NCBI GenBank assembly: GCA_049599475.1 | Contig: JBMYOQ010000013.1 | Coordinates: 23,011 to 87,010, forward strand | DNA: 64,000 nucleotides | Origin: Opitutales bacterium | GTDB lineage: Bacteria; Verrucomicrobiota; Verrucomicrobiia; Opitutales; JABSRG01 | Reading direction: 5' to 3' | Part shown: positions 9,327 to 19,381 of the stretch, piece after piece | How positions within the stretch are numbered: position 1 is the stretch's first letter | How the letters are laid out: every line of letters begins with the position of its first letter | Translations under genes and position numbers: made by a program | Notes under the pieces: generated by a model | What the model was told of the DNA's origin: nothing | The model's database searches: none | Seen by the model: only the letters and a program-made list of their open reading frames with translations

Positions 9327-9512
9327 AGAAGAGAGTAGTTTGTCCTGTTGAGGTTTCTAAATCCTGAACGCGAATTGATTGCGCTCTATCAATAGATGGC
9401 AAGATCATTTCTGGTTTTCGTCAAAAAAACTATAATCTAAGAATAAAATCGAGCGAAAGTTGATTGATTAAAAAGCATTTCCCCCGATTGTGAAAATGAA
9501 CCCAAAAGATTC

Positions 9513-11150
9513 ATGTCGCAAGAAACCCCAATTCGCAGACCCAAACTATTCGGCTTCGCTTTCTATGAACGCTCAAATGATGGCCGATGGCGCCTTCATT
9601 TGAGATGGGGTCGTATTCTTTCACTTTTCCTTAGCCTCACGATCATCGGATGGCTCTCATGTGGCCTAGGTCTCTACCTCTTCTTCAAATATAAACGCGA
9701 TTACGACGAGGTCTCCTATGCTAAAATGCTGATTCTCCCCCTCCGTTATGAGCAGCACCGTAGCGAAATGGGGAACTACCATATCGAGAAAGCAAAGGAG
9801 CTTTTCGCAGAGGGAGATTTTGGTCCTGGAATCACCTTCCTCAGAGCGGGCGTCATGCGCGCGACCGAGAATATTGAAGGCAGGCTCCTCCTAGCGGAGA
9901 TTTTCTTGAGCGGCTACCGCCAACCCGAAATGGCAATCGAGCTGTTGAAACAAGGCGCACCTTACGGCTACCAAGATATCGATTACGTACGTAGCACAGT
10001 TCGGCTTATGCTTCGTCAGCATCAAGATATGGAGCTCCTGCAACTCGCCGACGAATTCCTCCCTAAACTATCCGAGAATGAGCAGGTCGCCAAGATCTTC
10101 GCTGTAGGTTCGGCATCGGCAGCATTCTATCGCGGAATGTATGATACAGCCGAAGATTTCATAAACGAGTACGATCTCAAGAACTCGCCCGAAGGCCTGA
10201 TCCTGAGCTCAAAGATACTAAGCGCACGCGGTCAAAATGTAGACGCTATCGTTTTGCTCGAGAACAATGCCAATCGTTTCAGCAATCGAGAGCTCATCTT
10301 CATGGAGCTCATTCGCGCTCACCGTGAAGCCGGAAACCTCGATAAGGCTCGCCAGTATGCTATCCTGCGAAACCTCAACAACCCGCTTAACCCGGGCCCG
10401 CGCATCGAACTCCTCCATGCATACAACTATTCCGAGCAAACGGACCGCCTCGCCGAGGAAATCGACAATTACATTGATCAATTCGGCTCAGAGGAACGTT
10501 CCCTGGCACTTCTCGCAGAATTCGGGGCAAAGACCGGAAACGCTTCGCTGAACAGAGACATCTACAATTTGGCTATCGAAAACAGTTTCGACCTGTCCCT
10601 TTTCTCATACCTCGTAATCGAGGCCGAGAACTCCGCGGGGAACTTCAAAGATGCGCTCAATCTTGTCGCCCAAATTCTTGAGGAAAAACCAATCTGGCTC
10701 GACGAGCGCTCGCCCATCCTGAGTGCTCTCCGCGCAGTATCCTACTACGGCGATGGCCAGGATGCAAAGGGCTCTATCTACCTGAAAGAAATTCTCCAAA
10801 ATCCCGACGTTCGCAACCAGACACTGCTCGCGCTTTCGACGACCCTAAAAGATCTAGGCCGGCTCGAAGAAGCCAGATCCATCCTGGAAGCCGCTTACGA
10901 AGAGACTCCGGAAAACCAAGGGGCCCTTTCAGCACTCATGCGCTTGGATATTGAGCTGGGGCGCATCGACGACCTCAACGAGAAGTTGGTCAACCTACTT
11001 TCCATGCGACGCCCCCCTTACGACCTCCTCCAATTGGCTTATGACAGCTTGGGAAGCGACAAATTCATGTTCACTCCGAATAGGAATTCTGTCATCCAGC
11101 AGCTCGCAGAGATCCTTCGAGAAAGGTCCGCTAACAGCTCGGGCGTTTAG
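9513..11150 (+). CDS. Membrane-anchored TPR-like helical repeat protein
   Basis: N-terminal TM followed by TPR-like repeats (e.g. LGRLEEARSILEAAYEETPEN). Confidence 0.7.
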   Translation: MSQETPIRRPKLFGFAFYERSNDGRWRLHLRWGRILSLFLSLTIIGWLSCGLGLYLFFKYKRDYDEVSYAKMLILPLRYEQHRSEMGNYHIEKAKELFAEGDFGPGITFLRAGVMRATENIEGRLLLAEIFLSGYRQPEMAIELLKQGAPYGYQDIDYVRSTVRLMLRQHQDMELLQLADEFLPKLSENEQVAKIFAVGSASAAFYRGMYDTAEDFINEYDLKNSPEGLILSSKILSARGQNVDAIVLLENNANRFSNRELIFMELIRAHREAGNLDKARQYAILRNLNNPLNPGPRIELLHAYNYSEQTDRLAEEIDNYIDQFGSEERSLALLAEFGAKTGNASLNRDIYNLAIENSFDLSLFSYLVIEAENSAGNFKDALNLVAQILEEKPIWLDERSPILSALRAVSYYGDGQDAKGSIYLKEILQNPDVRNQTLLALSTTLKDLGRLEEARSILEAAYEETPENQGALSALMRLDIELGRIDDLNEKLVNLLSMRRPPYDLLQLAYDSLGSDKFMFTPNRNSVIQQLAEILRERSANSSGV

Positions 11151-11203
11151 GTAAAACCGACCGACTCTCCAATTTTCCTGTTTGCCAATTTCCCAAAGCT
11201 ATC

Positions 11204-12019
11204 TTGGCTGAAGAGATGTCTGCCAACAGCTTCTCATTGCTCGGATCAAGCAGCTCCGGCAATTCGGGGTTCCTCGAGACAGATCATTCAAAAGTTCTCA
11301 TAGACTTAGGGTTCAGTGGGCGCCGAACTCTAAAATTTCTAGAGCAACTTGGGACATCAATCACGGAGATAGACGCGATTTTCCTCACCCACGAGCACAG
11401 TGATCACGCGACTGGGCTCAGCGGGCTCTCCAAACATCCAGACATCCAAATATATGCCAATCGAGATACCGCGCGTGCCATCCAGTCCAAACTGAAATGG
11501 CGCCCCAACTGGAAGATTTTCGAGACGGGTAGCACATTCAAGGTGGGTGACATCGAGGTGTCGGCCTTCTCGGTGCCCCACGACGCCTATGATCCTGTCG
11601 GCTACACGTTCACTTGGGGCTACGGCGACCTTTTCTCTCCAATCCAAAGCCTAGCTTGGGCTACGGACATGGGCTATGTGCCGGAATCTGTCAAAAATCA
11701 CCTGAAAAGCGTCGATACCCTGGTGATTGAGGCCAACTACGATGAAGACCTACTCGAAAAAGACCTAAAGCGGCCCTGGTCAGTCAAACAGCGCATTCGT
11801 GGCAGGCATGGACACCTCTCGAACCAGGACGTCATTAAACTTTTTAAAGAAATCGAACGCCCCAACTGGAAACAGGTATTCCTTGTGCATCTCAGTCGCG
11901 ACTGTAACTGCAAAGACCATGTGAAAAACCTTTTTTCCTCGATTGCGGACTATTCCAGGAAATTCGAACTTTCTATCGTGGATCCCGAGGAATTCTGTCC
12001 AAAACCCATATTTTTTTGA
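11204..12019 (+). CDS. MBL-fold metallo-hydrolase (YycJ/WalJ-like)
   Basis: LGSSSSGNS, THEHSDH, VPHDAYDP, GHLSN and VHLSRDCN motifs. Confidence 0.9.
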   Translation: MAEEMSANSFSLLGSSSSGNSGFLETDHSKVLIDLGFSGRRTLKFLEQLGTSITEIDAIFLTHEHSDHATGLSGLSKHPDIQIYANRDTARAIQSKLKWRPNWKIFETGSTFKVGDIEVSAFSVPHDAYDPVGYTFTWGYGDLFSPIQSLAWATDMGYVPESVKNHLKSVDTLVIEANYDEDLLEKDLKRPWSVKQRIRGRHGHLSNQDVIKLFKEIERPNWKQVFLVHLSRDCNCKDHVKNLFSSIADYSRKFELSIVDPEEFCPKPIFF

Positions 12020-12067
12020 CACGGCTGCCCTTTTTACCCATCCACAGACCCTTTCACACTCACACCT

Positions 12068-13558
12068 ATGAACGAATCACGGAGCGGCATTACCACTGTA
12101 CCTTTTCAGAAGGACAAGCCTTTGCCTAATACAACACCAAGTATTAGACAGACGAAAATTATTTTCACGATTGGTCCAGCGACTATGAGCGAAGAAGCTC
12201 TAGAGAAGCTGATTCTCCAAGGAGTGGACATCTGCCGTATCAATATGGCGCATGCTTCCCACGACTGGACCCGTGAAATCTGCCAACGGGTAATAAAGGT
12301 ATCCGAGAAGGTGGGTCGCGAGATCGCCATAATGATGGACGTCAAGGGCCCCGAGATCCGCACCGGTAAGGTCGGCGAGGAACCATACATCCTCGAAGAA
12401 GGCGAAATTTTCGATTTCATCACGAAACCGACAGACGAAGACCAATCTCTCGACGGGAAACGCTACATCGACGTCAACTATCCTGACCTGGACAAGGATG
12501 TCCATGTCGGCGACACCATCCTCGTAGATAGCGGACTCATGCGCCTAGAGGTCCTAGAGATCACCGATGGACGCATTCGCACGAAGGTCATCATTCCTGG
12601 CCCACTGGGCAACAAACGCCACATCAACCTCCCAGGTGTCCGCGTAAACCTGCCTTCTCTTACCGAGAAAGACCACGGTGATATCAAAGTAGGTATCGAA
12701 GAGGGCATTGATTTCTTCGCTCTTTCTTTTGTGCGCGAGTCATACGACCTCGACATCCTTCGTCGTGCGTTGACCGACCAAAACTCGAAAGCGCTCATCA
12801 TTGCGAAGATTGAGGATCAACAAGCGATTTCCAACCTAGATGACATCATCGCGGCCTCCGACGGTCTGATGGTAGCACGTGGCGACCTCGGTATCGAATG
12901 TCCTTACGATGAGCTTCCGATCATCCAACACCGCGCGATTAAGACATGCTTGCGCATCGGTCGCCCAGTGATCGTCGCAACCCACATGCTGGAGTCGATG
13001 ATTGAAAATCCTGTCCCGACGCGTGCTGAGGTTTCCGACGTATCGACAGCAGTTTTGGAAAAGTCTGACTGCATCATGCTTTCGGGCGAGACCACGACAG
13101 GTAAGTATCCTTTCGAATGTATTGAGGTCTTCAAACGCATCTCACTTCGCATGGAAGAAGCGAGCAGCACCGACAACTTCGACGGTGTTGAACTCAAAAC
13201 CCCTAAGGCGAAGATGCTCAAGTCCGCAGCGCACCTCGCTAAGGATCTGGATAATTGCGCAATCGTCGTATTCACGCGCAGTGGCTATCTCGCCAAGATC
13301 ATGTCTTCACTCCGTCCGAAAAGTCCAATTTTCGCGTTCACGGACAACCAAGACCTGTTCCGCTCACTCTTGATTCTCTGGGGCATCGAGCCATTCTATA
13401 TGGACTTCGACGACAACCCAGAAACGACCATCGAAAACGCGCTCGCGATGCTCAAGAAGCGTCCATGGGTCTCCGCAGGCGACAACATCGTGATTATTAC
13501 CAACGTCCTCTCGGGCGATTGCGTGATCGATTCGATTCAGTTGCGCAGAGCGCCGTAG
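12068..13558 (+). CDS. pyk: Pyruvate kinase
   Basis: [40 protein letters not shown]. Confidence 0.97.
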   Translation: MNESRSGITTVPFQKDKPLPNTTPSIRQTKIIFTIGPATMSEEALEKLILQGVDICRINMAHASHDWTREICQRVIKVSEKVGREIAIMMDVKGPEIRTGKVGEEPYILEEGEIFDFITKPTDEDQSLDGKRYIDVNYPDLDKDVHVGDTILVDSGLMRLEVLEITDGRIRTKVIIPGPLGNKRHINLPGVRVNLPSLTEKDHGDIKVGIEEGIDFFALSFVRESYDLDILRRALTDQNSKALIIAKIEDQQAISNLDDIIAASDGLMVARGDLGIECPYDELPIIQHRAIKTCLRIGRPVIVATHMLESMIENPVPTRAEVSDVSTAVLEKSDCIMLSGETTTGKYPFECIEVFKRISLRMEEASSTDNFDGVELKTPKAKMLKSAAHLAKDLDNCAIVVFTRSGYLAKIMSSLRPKSPIFAFTDNQDLFRSLLILWGIEPFYMDFDDNPETTIENALAMLKKRPWVSAGDNIVIITNVLSGDCVIDSIQLRRAP

Positions 13559-13580
13559 TCGATTTCCGATTTCAAACTTT

Positions 13581-13617
13581 AAAATACCCGTGGCTCCTCA
13601 GCCTCGGGTATTTTTTT
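13581..13617. terminator. Intrinsic terminator after pyk (likely bidirectional)
   Basis: AAAATACCCG-TGGC...GCCT-CGGGTATTTTTTT. Confidence 0.85.
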
Positions 13618-13619
13618 GC

Positions 13620-14180
13620 CTACATGTCGCTCCATCCAGGCAGCTCTCCCTGCTTATGGCGATAAGCATCGAGCAAATCATCGAGGGTGTGGACATCCAA
13701 ATCTCCCACCCGGTCATCGTCATACTGATGCGCGGTAATTTTCCACGGATCTCCGTAGGCATCCAAACATGCTTGAGTCTGCGCCCAAACCGCGAACGGC
13801 ACAGACAACACCTCTCCCAAGTCCTGAACTTTAGCAACGGCATCATCAACCACCACAGATTCACAGAAGGGGAAATTAATATTAAAGTTCACATGCACAT
13901 CCCCAGGAACCTCATTCATGATGTGCTGAAACACGGGGATAGATGGCACGTTGTCCGCGCTCAGAGCCTCTGGTCTCCTTAGAACACGAGCGCCAAACCC
14001 ATGAGCCACCCGCGCGATCAACTCGCTCTCGGTCGAGACCACGATTTCATCCAAAGACTTCGCGCCCTCCAACACCCGGATCCCCCACCCGACCATAGGC
14101 ATACCATGGAAAGGCATCAGGTTCTTGTGGATGAGTCGCTTACTTCCCAAACGCGCAATTATCGATCCGACCACTCTCAT
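13620..14180 (-). CDS. Short NeuA-like cytidylyltransferase-family protein
   Basis: IIARLGSKRLIHKN, IVVSTES, LRRPEALSAD, DLDVHTLDD; 186 aa. Confidence 0.78.
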   Translation of the reverse strand: MRVVGSIIARLGSKRLIHKNLMPFHGMPMVGWGIRVLEGAKSLDEIVVSTESELIARVAHGFGARVLRRPEALSADNVPSIPVFQHIMNEVPGDVHVNFNINFPFCESVVVDDAVAKVQDLGEVLSVPFAVWAQTQACLDAYGDPWKITAHQYDDDRVGDLDVHTLDDLLDAYRHKQGELPGWSDM

Positions 14181-14247
14181 AATAATACCTTATCATATAG
14201 TCGTCTCTACCCCAGAAAACTAAGCAGTTTTTAATAGGGGAATCGAA

Positions 14248-15081
14248 TCAGGATCCTCTCAAAAGACTCTCAACATACCTGCAAAACACCGGGCTCCCCG
14301 AATAAAATGGAGTCTTACCTTGGTTGACGTGAAACGAGGTCATGGGGAAAATATCTTCTTCGATGAAGTGAAATTCCGCTCCAGCACCCAGCGCAATCGC
14401 ATAGGCCGCAGCGATATCCCAAACGGAAACTTTAAAATCGATCACTCCGTCCATGAGCCCGTTCCCTATGTAAGCACCGGCCAGGGCTGCACTTCCCAGA
14501 GAGCGCACTCGATACGTGCTCATCAGGGGCTCAAACTTGCACAAAATCTCCGGTTTCATCGGAAAATGGAGCCCAATCGTCGTTTGGCGATCCAGAGCAC
14601 TCCGATGCTCCGGTCGCAATTTTTTGCGTTTCTCCGTCACCCCAAAATCTGGACCACCCTCGATAAGCACGTCTCGAGTCATATCATAAACAAACCCATA
14701 GATCGGGGTGCCACCCTTAAGCAAAGCCAGGGAGATAGAGCACACGGGATAGCCGTCTGCAAAATTCTTTGTTCCGTCAATCGGATCGATAATCCAGGAA
14801 AATGGCGTGTCGAGCGCGAGCACTTCATCCGCAGGATTCGATTCTTCTGAGCAAAATACGTCTTCGGGAAAGTCCTCAGATAAGGAACCTATGACTTTCT
14901 CAGAGATCGCGTAATCCGCAAAAGTCACCGGCGTCTGATCTTCTTTGAACTCGCGGGAAACACGTCCCAACTGATCTCTGAAAAAAGGGATTTGCGCCTC
15001 CACAGCCACACGTCCCGCATTGATACGATGGCGAATTTCTTTGGCCCAATCGGGACCTCGTCTGCGGGATTTGCTAGGCAT
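14248..15081 (-). CDS. Inositol monophosphatase family protein
   Basis: VTFAD, SEES, WIIDPIDGTKNF, RSLGSAAL, WDIAAA. Confidence 0.92.
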   Translation of the reverse strand: MPSKSRRRGPDWAKEIRHRINAGRVAVEAQIPFFRDQLGRVSREFKEDQTPVTFADYAISEKVIGSLSEDFPEDVFCSEESNPADEVLALDTPFSWIIDPIDGTKNFADGYPVCSISLALLKGGTPIYGFVYDMTRDVLIEGGPDFGVTEKRKKLRPEHRSALDRQTTIGLHFPMKPEILCKFEPLMSTYRVRSLGSAALAGAYIGNGLMDGVIDFKVSVWDIAAAYAIALGAGAEFHFIEEDIFPMTSFHVNQGKTPFYSGSPVFCRYVESLLRGS

Positions 15082-15147
15082 AAGCGCTCAAGGATGAATT
15101 ATCCTCAGGCGGGGAAAAGCCTAAACAGAGAAAATAAAGGGTGCGGC

Positions 15148-16545
15148 CTACTCCGAGTCGACAGGCGCCTGTTCAAAAGCGCCCCCAAGTGCTAGGTGCA
15201 AATTAACCCGATTTAAGAGATAAGAAGACTCCTGAGTAATGAGATCACGGCGCGCGTTGTCTGCTCGGCGCTGAGCCTCCAGGACCGTCACAATATCATT
15301 CAGGCCACTCTGATAACGCTCCCAGGAGATCGTCTCAGCATCTGTTGAAGCCTGCGCTGCCTCGCGCTGAGCATCCAATCGCTCCGCGAATAGCGTATCA
15401 CTTGTAAGCGCGGACTCAACCTCCAGAAAAGCCCCCAAAACTGTTGAGACATAGTTATGTCCAGCCTGCACATACTGAGCCGTCGCAACATCTTGCTCCG
15501 CCTCCAAACGTCCAAAATTAAACAGAGTGGTCCCGAGACCTCCGAAAATTGACCACACATTAAAGTCTGGATCCGTCAGATCACCGAGATCCGAACTCGA
15601 ATGTCCAAAGGATCCCGTTAGTGAAAGAGCCGGCAGGCGATTTTTGTGGGAAATCGATCTTCTGAAGGCCGCGGCGTCGAGACGCGCGCTCGCTTGAGCG
15701 ATGTCTGGTCGGCGCTCAAGAAGCTCCGAAGGCAAACCCGAGGGAACCGATGCGGGGACCTGAGGCAGCTCATCAGAGACCGCGAGTACCCCAGCTGGGT
15801 AACGTCCCAAAAGAATTTCCAGCGAACGAATGGTTTCATCCAAATTATCTTTATTCGCAGCCACCGAGCTACGCGTCGACGCTGCCGTAGAGCGAATCAA
15901 CTGCAAATCAAGCGCGGAGCTGATACCTCTCTCGAAGCGACTGTTTATGATTTCCACATTCTCCTCGTAAGACTCCAAGGTGCTCTCTGCTAAATTCAGC
16001 TGCTGCTTGGCGGCAATCGCCTGTATCCACAAACGCGCCACATTCGCCGCAAGGGACAATCGAGCTGCATCAAAACTCGCCTCAGACGCCAAATAGTCGA
16101 ACTTCGCAGCATTTTTCGCATCACGCACTCGCCCCCAAATGTCGATTTCCCAACTCACTCCCAAGGACGCATTGGCGGATGTAGAATAAATATTCTGTCC
16201 AGTCTGCGTGTTGGACAAGGAGCGGCGAAGTGATCCATCTGCAGTAATCGTCGGAAACAGCCGAGCACCCGAAATCTTCGCATTGAAAAAAGCCGCATCT
16301 AGAGACGCCATAGACGCCTGTATCGACGGATTTTTTTCCAGGGCCTCTTCCACGAGCTGCTCAAGCTCACTCGACTCAAAATCCGTGAGCCAAGCGTCTA
16401 GAATTTCCGCCCCACTTTCGGCATCTGAAGACCACGCTTCCGGAGTCTCGATCTCAGGAGTCGGGGCGTCCTTGGCATTCCAAGTCTCGCAGCCCGAGAA
16501 TACCAAAATGAAAGAGCTAGTAATAAATCCTATTGTTTTACGCAT
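15148..16545 (-). CDS. NodT/OprM-family efflux outer membrane lipoprotein
   Basis: Start moved to MRKTIGF...FSGC (lipobox); SWEIDIWGR and PSELLERRPDI. Confidence 0.9.
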   Translation of the reverse strand: MRKTIGFITSSFILVFSGCETWNAKDAPTPEIETPEAWSSDAESGAEILDAWLTDFESSELEQLVEEALEKNPSIQASMASLDAAFFNAKISGARLFPTITADGSLRRSLSNTQTGQNIYSTSANASLGVSWEIDIWGRVRDAKNAAKFDYLASEASFDAARLSLAANVARLWIQAIAAKQQLNLAESTLESYEENVEIINSRFERGISSALDLQLIRSTAASTRSSVAANKDNLDETIRSLEILLGRYPAGVLAVSDELPQVPASVPSGLPSELLERRPDIAQASARLDAAAFRRSISHKNRLPALSLTGSFGHSSSDLGDLTDPDFNVWSIFGGLGTTLFNFGRLEAEQDVATAQYVQAGHNYVSTVLGAFLEVESALTSDTLFAERLDAQREAAQASTDAETISWERYQSGLNDIVTVLEAQRRADNARRDLITQESSYLLNRVNLHLALGGAFEQAPVDSE

Positions 16546-16709
16546 GAGTCGTTTGCGGTGTTTCCGGCACCATAAAATGTGGCAACCATTCCGCTCAAAG
16601 CGGCCCTGCGAGCAAACTCTGTGCACAGAAACGAATTTTTACGGGAATAAGGCCAACGCTTTGACAGCTCTCACACAGAACGTTCCATTTATCACAACGC
16701 AAATTAACA

Positions 16710-18839
16710 ATGGATTATTCCTCACTTTCGAACGTCTTTCGGCTACTCCCAATAGCAATATTGCTTTTCGGATCGATATCTTCGGCCCAAGAAGGCGCCC
16801 CCGTCGAGCAACCATACGTCACCGCGCGCTTGGTCGCAGACACACCTCAGATCTCTCTAGGACAGACATTCTATCTTGGAGTTGAATATAAGATGGAGGA
16901 AGCCTGGCATATTTATTGGAAAAACCCAGGCGACACCGGTATCCCCACCGAGATAAAATGGGAGCTTCCCGATGGCTTTACCGCCGGTCCTCTAAAATGG
17001 CCGACTCCTAAACGCTATCTCATGGGCGGCCTAATGAACTACGTGCATGAGGGGACCGTGATTTTGATGTCGGAAATTCAGGCTCCGGCCTCTCTGGACG
17101 GCGGCAGCTCCTTCACCTTCAAAGCGCGCTCCGACTGGCTCGTCTGCAAAGATATCTGCGTGCCCGGCGGAGCAGACCTTGAGCTCACTCTAGAGAGCGG
17201 GAACAACAGCGACACAGCTCCAGCACTCGCCGCAGCGTTCGAAGCAAACCAAGCTAACTGGCCTGGGGATTCGGCAGACTCAGGCATCGAAGTCACCGCA
17301 TACACCCAGGCCGATTCCGTCTATCTCGTCATCAATTCTGAGAAACTCAGCCCATCAGACCTATATTTTTTCGAAGATAATACACTTAGCCTCGATCCCA
17401 GCGGCTACCCCCTTTCCCCAGTCGTCGATTCAAACGCCCAACAACCTTTAACAAACGAAGGGTCACAAATTCTCATGACGCTTACCAAGAGCGAATGGGG
17501 ACCTGAATCTTTTGGCCAAATCGGCGGAGTCCTAGAAAGCGAGCAAGGTAGCTTCTTCTTCCAAACAGAGGTATTGCCCGGGCCACCCGTTTCGTCGGTG
17601 ACACCTGCGGAGAGCCCTGCCGAGCCGTTCACCTCGATCCTTATCTACGCATTCGTTGGCGGTCTTATTCTCAATCTCATGCCATGCGTGTTCCCAGTAA
17701 TCGGCATAAAAATCATGGGCTTCGTGAATCAAGCTGGGGAGGATCGAAAAAAGATCATCGCTCACGGAGTTATTTTCACCGCCGGAGTCCTCGTTTCGTT
17801 TTGGATACTCGCGTTCATTTTCATCGGTGTCCGAGCTGGCGGCGAAACTCTCGGGTGGGGGTTCCAGTTTTTCGACCCAGCGATGCCCTACATATTAGCC
17901 ATCGTCTTTCTGGTTTTCGCCATGAATTTGAGCGGTGTGTTCGAAATTGGGACCTCTGTCATGAGTGTCGGACAAGGCCTATCCAGCAAATCTGGACTGG
18001 TCGGCACCTTTTTCAGCGGAGCTCTCGCGACCCTGGTGTCCACCCCCTGTAGCGGCCCCTACCTCGCGCCCGCACTCGGCGCCATCGCGACGCTTCCCGA
18101 CATTTCCGCATTCATGGTGTTCACCTTCATTGCGATTGGACTGTCTACACCCTACCTGGCCCTATCAATTTTTCCAGGTCTGGTTAAGCGACTCCCGAGA
18201 CCCGGCGCCTGGATGGAAAGCTTCAAGCAATTCATGGCCTTCCTGCTCTATGGAGCCGCAGCGGTGATGTTTGCGGTGTTCACTGGCTTGGTAGAAAAGA
18301 ATGAGGCTATGGACTCCGACACATCCCTATTCGGCGCAGTGTCGATAACGCTCGTAGCCATGGGAGTGTGGATTTACGGCCGGTGGGCTGCTCCTCATAA
18401 GACCGCCAAGAGTAAGCTGATCGCTAAGGCGCTGGCATGCGTTCTCGTCATTGGCGGCTCGGTATTCGGCTTCCCTCGAGAGAGTCAATTGACCTGGGAA
18501 ACCTGGTCGGCTGAGCGCATAAAACAGGCCCAAGAAGCTGGAGACACCGTCTACGTAGATTTCACAGCGTCCTGGTGCCTCACCTGCCAAACCAATAAGA
18601 AATTTGCGCTGGGCACCCAGAAAGTCATCGAACACATACTCGATGAAAACATCCTCCTGCTCAAAGCCGATTGGACCGATTTCGACCAATCAATCACCGA
18701 CGAATTGGCGCGCTTTCAGCGAAACGCGGTACCGTTTAATCTCGTCTACGGTCCCGGACTTGAGGAGCCCCTCATCCTCCCAGAAGTGCTCACACCCGGT
18801 ATTATTTTGGACGCTTTCGAAGACGCCCAGAACCCCTAA
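16710..18839 (+). CDS. DsbD-family thiol:disulfide interchange protein
   Basis: WHIYWKNPGD, CKDIC, LNLMPCVFP, TPCSGP, DFTASWCLTC. Confidence 0.92.
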   Translation: MDYSSLSNVFRLLPIAILLFGSISSAQEGAPVEQPYVTARLVADTPQISLGQTFYLGVEYKMEEAWHIYWKNPGDTGIPTEIKWELPDGFTAGPLKWPTPKRYLMGGLMNYVHEGTVILMSEIQAPASLDGGSSFTFKARSDWLVCKDICVPGGADLELTLESGNNSDTAPALAAAFEANQANWPGDSADSGIEVTAYTQADSVYLVINSEKLSPSDLYFFEDNTLSLDPSGYPLSPVVDSNAQQPLTNEGSQILMTLTKSEWGPESFGQIGGVLESEQGSFFFQTEVLPGPPVSSVTPAESPAEPFTSILIYAFVGGLILNLMPCVFPVIGIKIMGFVNQAGEDRKKIIAHGVIFTAGVLVSFWILAFIFIGVRAGGETLGWGFQFFDPAMPYILAIVFLVFAMNLSGVFEIGTSVMSVGQGLSSKSGLVGTFFSGALATLVSTPCSGPYLAPALGAIATLPDISAFMVFTFIAIGLSTPYLALSIFPGLVKRLPRPGAWMESFKQFMAFLLYGAAAVMFAVFTGLVEKNEAMDSDTSLFGAVSITLVAMGVWIYGRWAAPHKTAKSKLIAKALACVLVIGGSVFGFPRESQLTWETWSAERIKQAQEAGDTVYVDFTASWCLTCQTNKKFALGTQKVIEHILDENILLLKADWTDFDQSITDELARFQRNAVPFNLVYGPGLEEPLILPEVLTPGIILDAFEDAQNP

Positions 18840-19273
18840 CTCAGATAAACCAGCTGCTCTTCTCTAGGCTCTTTCTTGAAATAGAGCACGAAGGTGTCGC
18901 TCTTTTCATAAGGAGTGTAGGGAGCTAGGAATTCGACAAACCACGTATTCCCCCGATGGGGAGAAAACCCGGCATCATATATCCATCCGACCTGTCGCGG
19001 ATGCTTGCCTCGCACTTCGAATTCAAAACGAGTCAAGCGAAAGACCTCCGGAGGAAGACGCTCAATCCAGCCTTCAGACCAGTCCAATCCCGGCGTTATC
19101 AAATCTGGGGTCTCTATTCGAAGATTACCATCCAGCCGCAAATTGATCGTCGCCGGGTGACAGGCCTCCAGCTCTGGCAGGTGCTTTAAAAGAAATGGCA
19201 TCTGCATCGGGACGGTCTTTGTCGCCCATCCCAATCCTTTCGTGGGCACTCCCTCTATCCTGAATTCCGTCAT
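18836..19273 (-). CDS. Hypothetical protein resembling archaeal CTP-dependent riboflavin kinase
   Basis: IEGVPTKGLG, HPATINLRL and H-x6-VEFLAP parallel the archaeal RibK motifs G-x-V-x-SG-x-G, YPGTLN and EIIAP; size is similar. Confidence 0.55.
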   Translation of the reverse strand: MTEFRIEGVPTKGLGWATKTVPMQMPFLLKHLPELEACHPATINLRLDGNLRIETPDLITPGLDWSEGWIERLPPEVFRLTRFEFEVRGKHPRQVGWIYDAGFSPHRGNTWFVEFLAPYTPYEKSDTFVLYFKKEPREEQLVYLS

Positions 19274-19381
19274 CTCCTAAACCAACGACAAGAGACGCTC
19301 CCAATCAATACAGGATATTCTGCAGAATCTTCGAAATCGCAGCTTAGATTACATCTCCCAGGACGACTTATTGTCTCCGGC

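Noticed and set aside
15148-16545. Orphan outer membrane efflux factor
   Set aside because: Stand-alone outer membrane factors shared among pumps are common.
16208-16885. 225-aa plus-strand ORF
   Set aside because: Overlaps the NodT and DsbD genes and has no recognisable motif.
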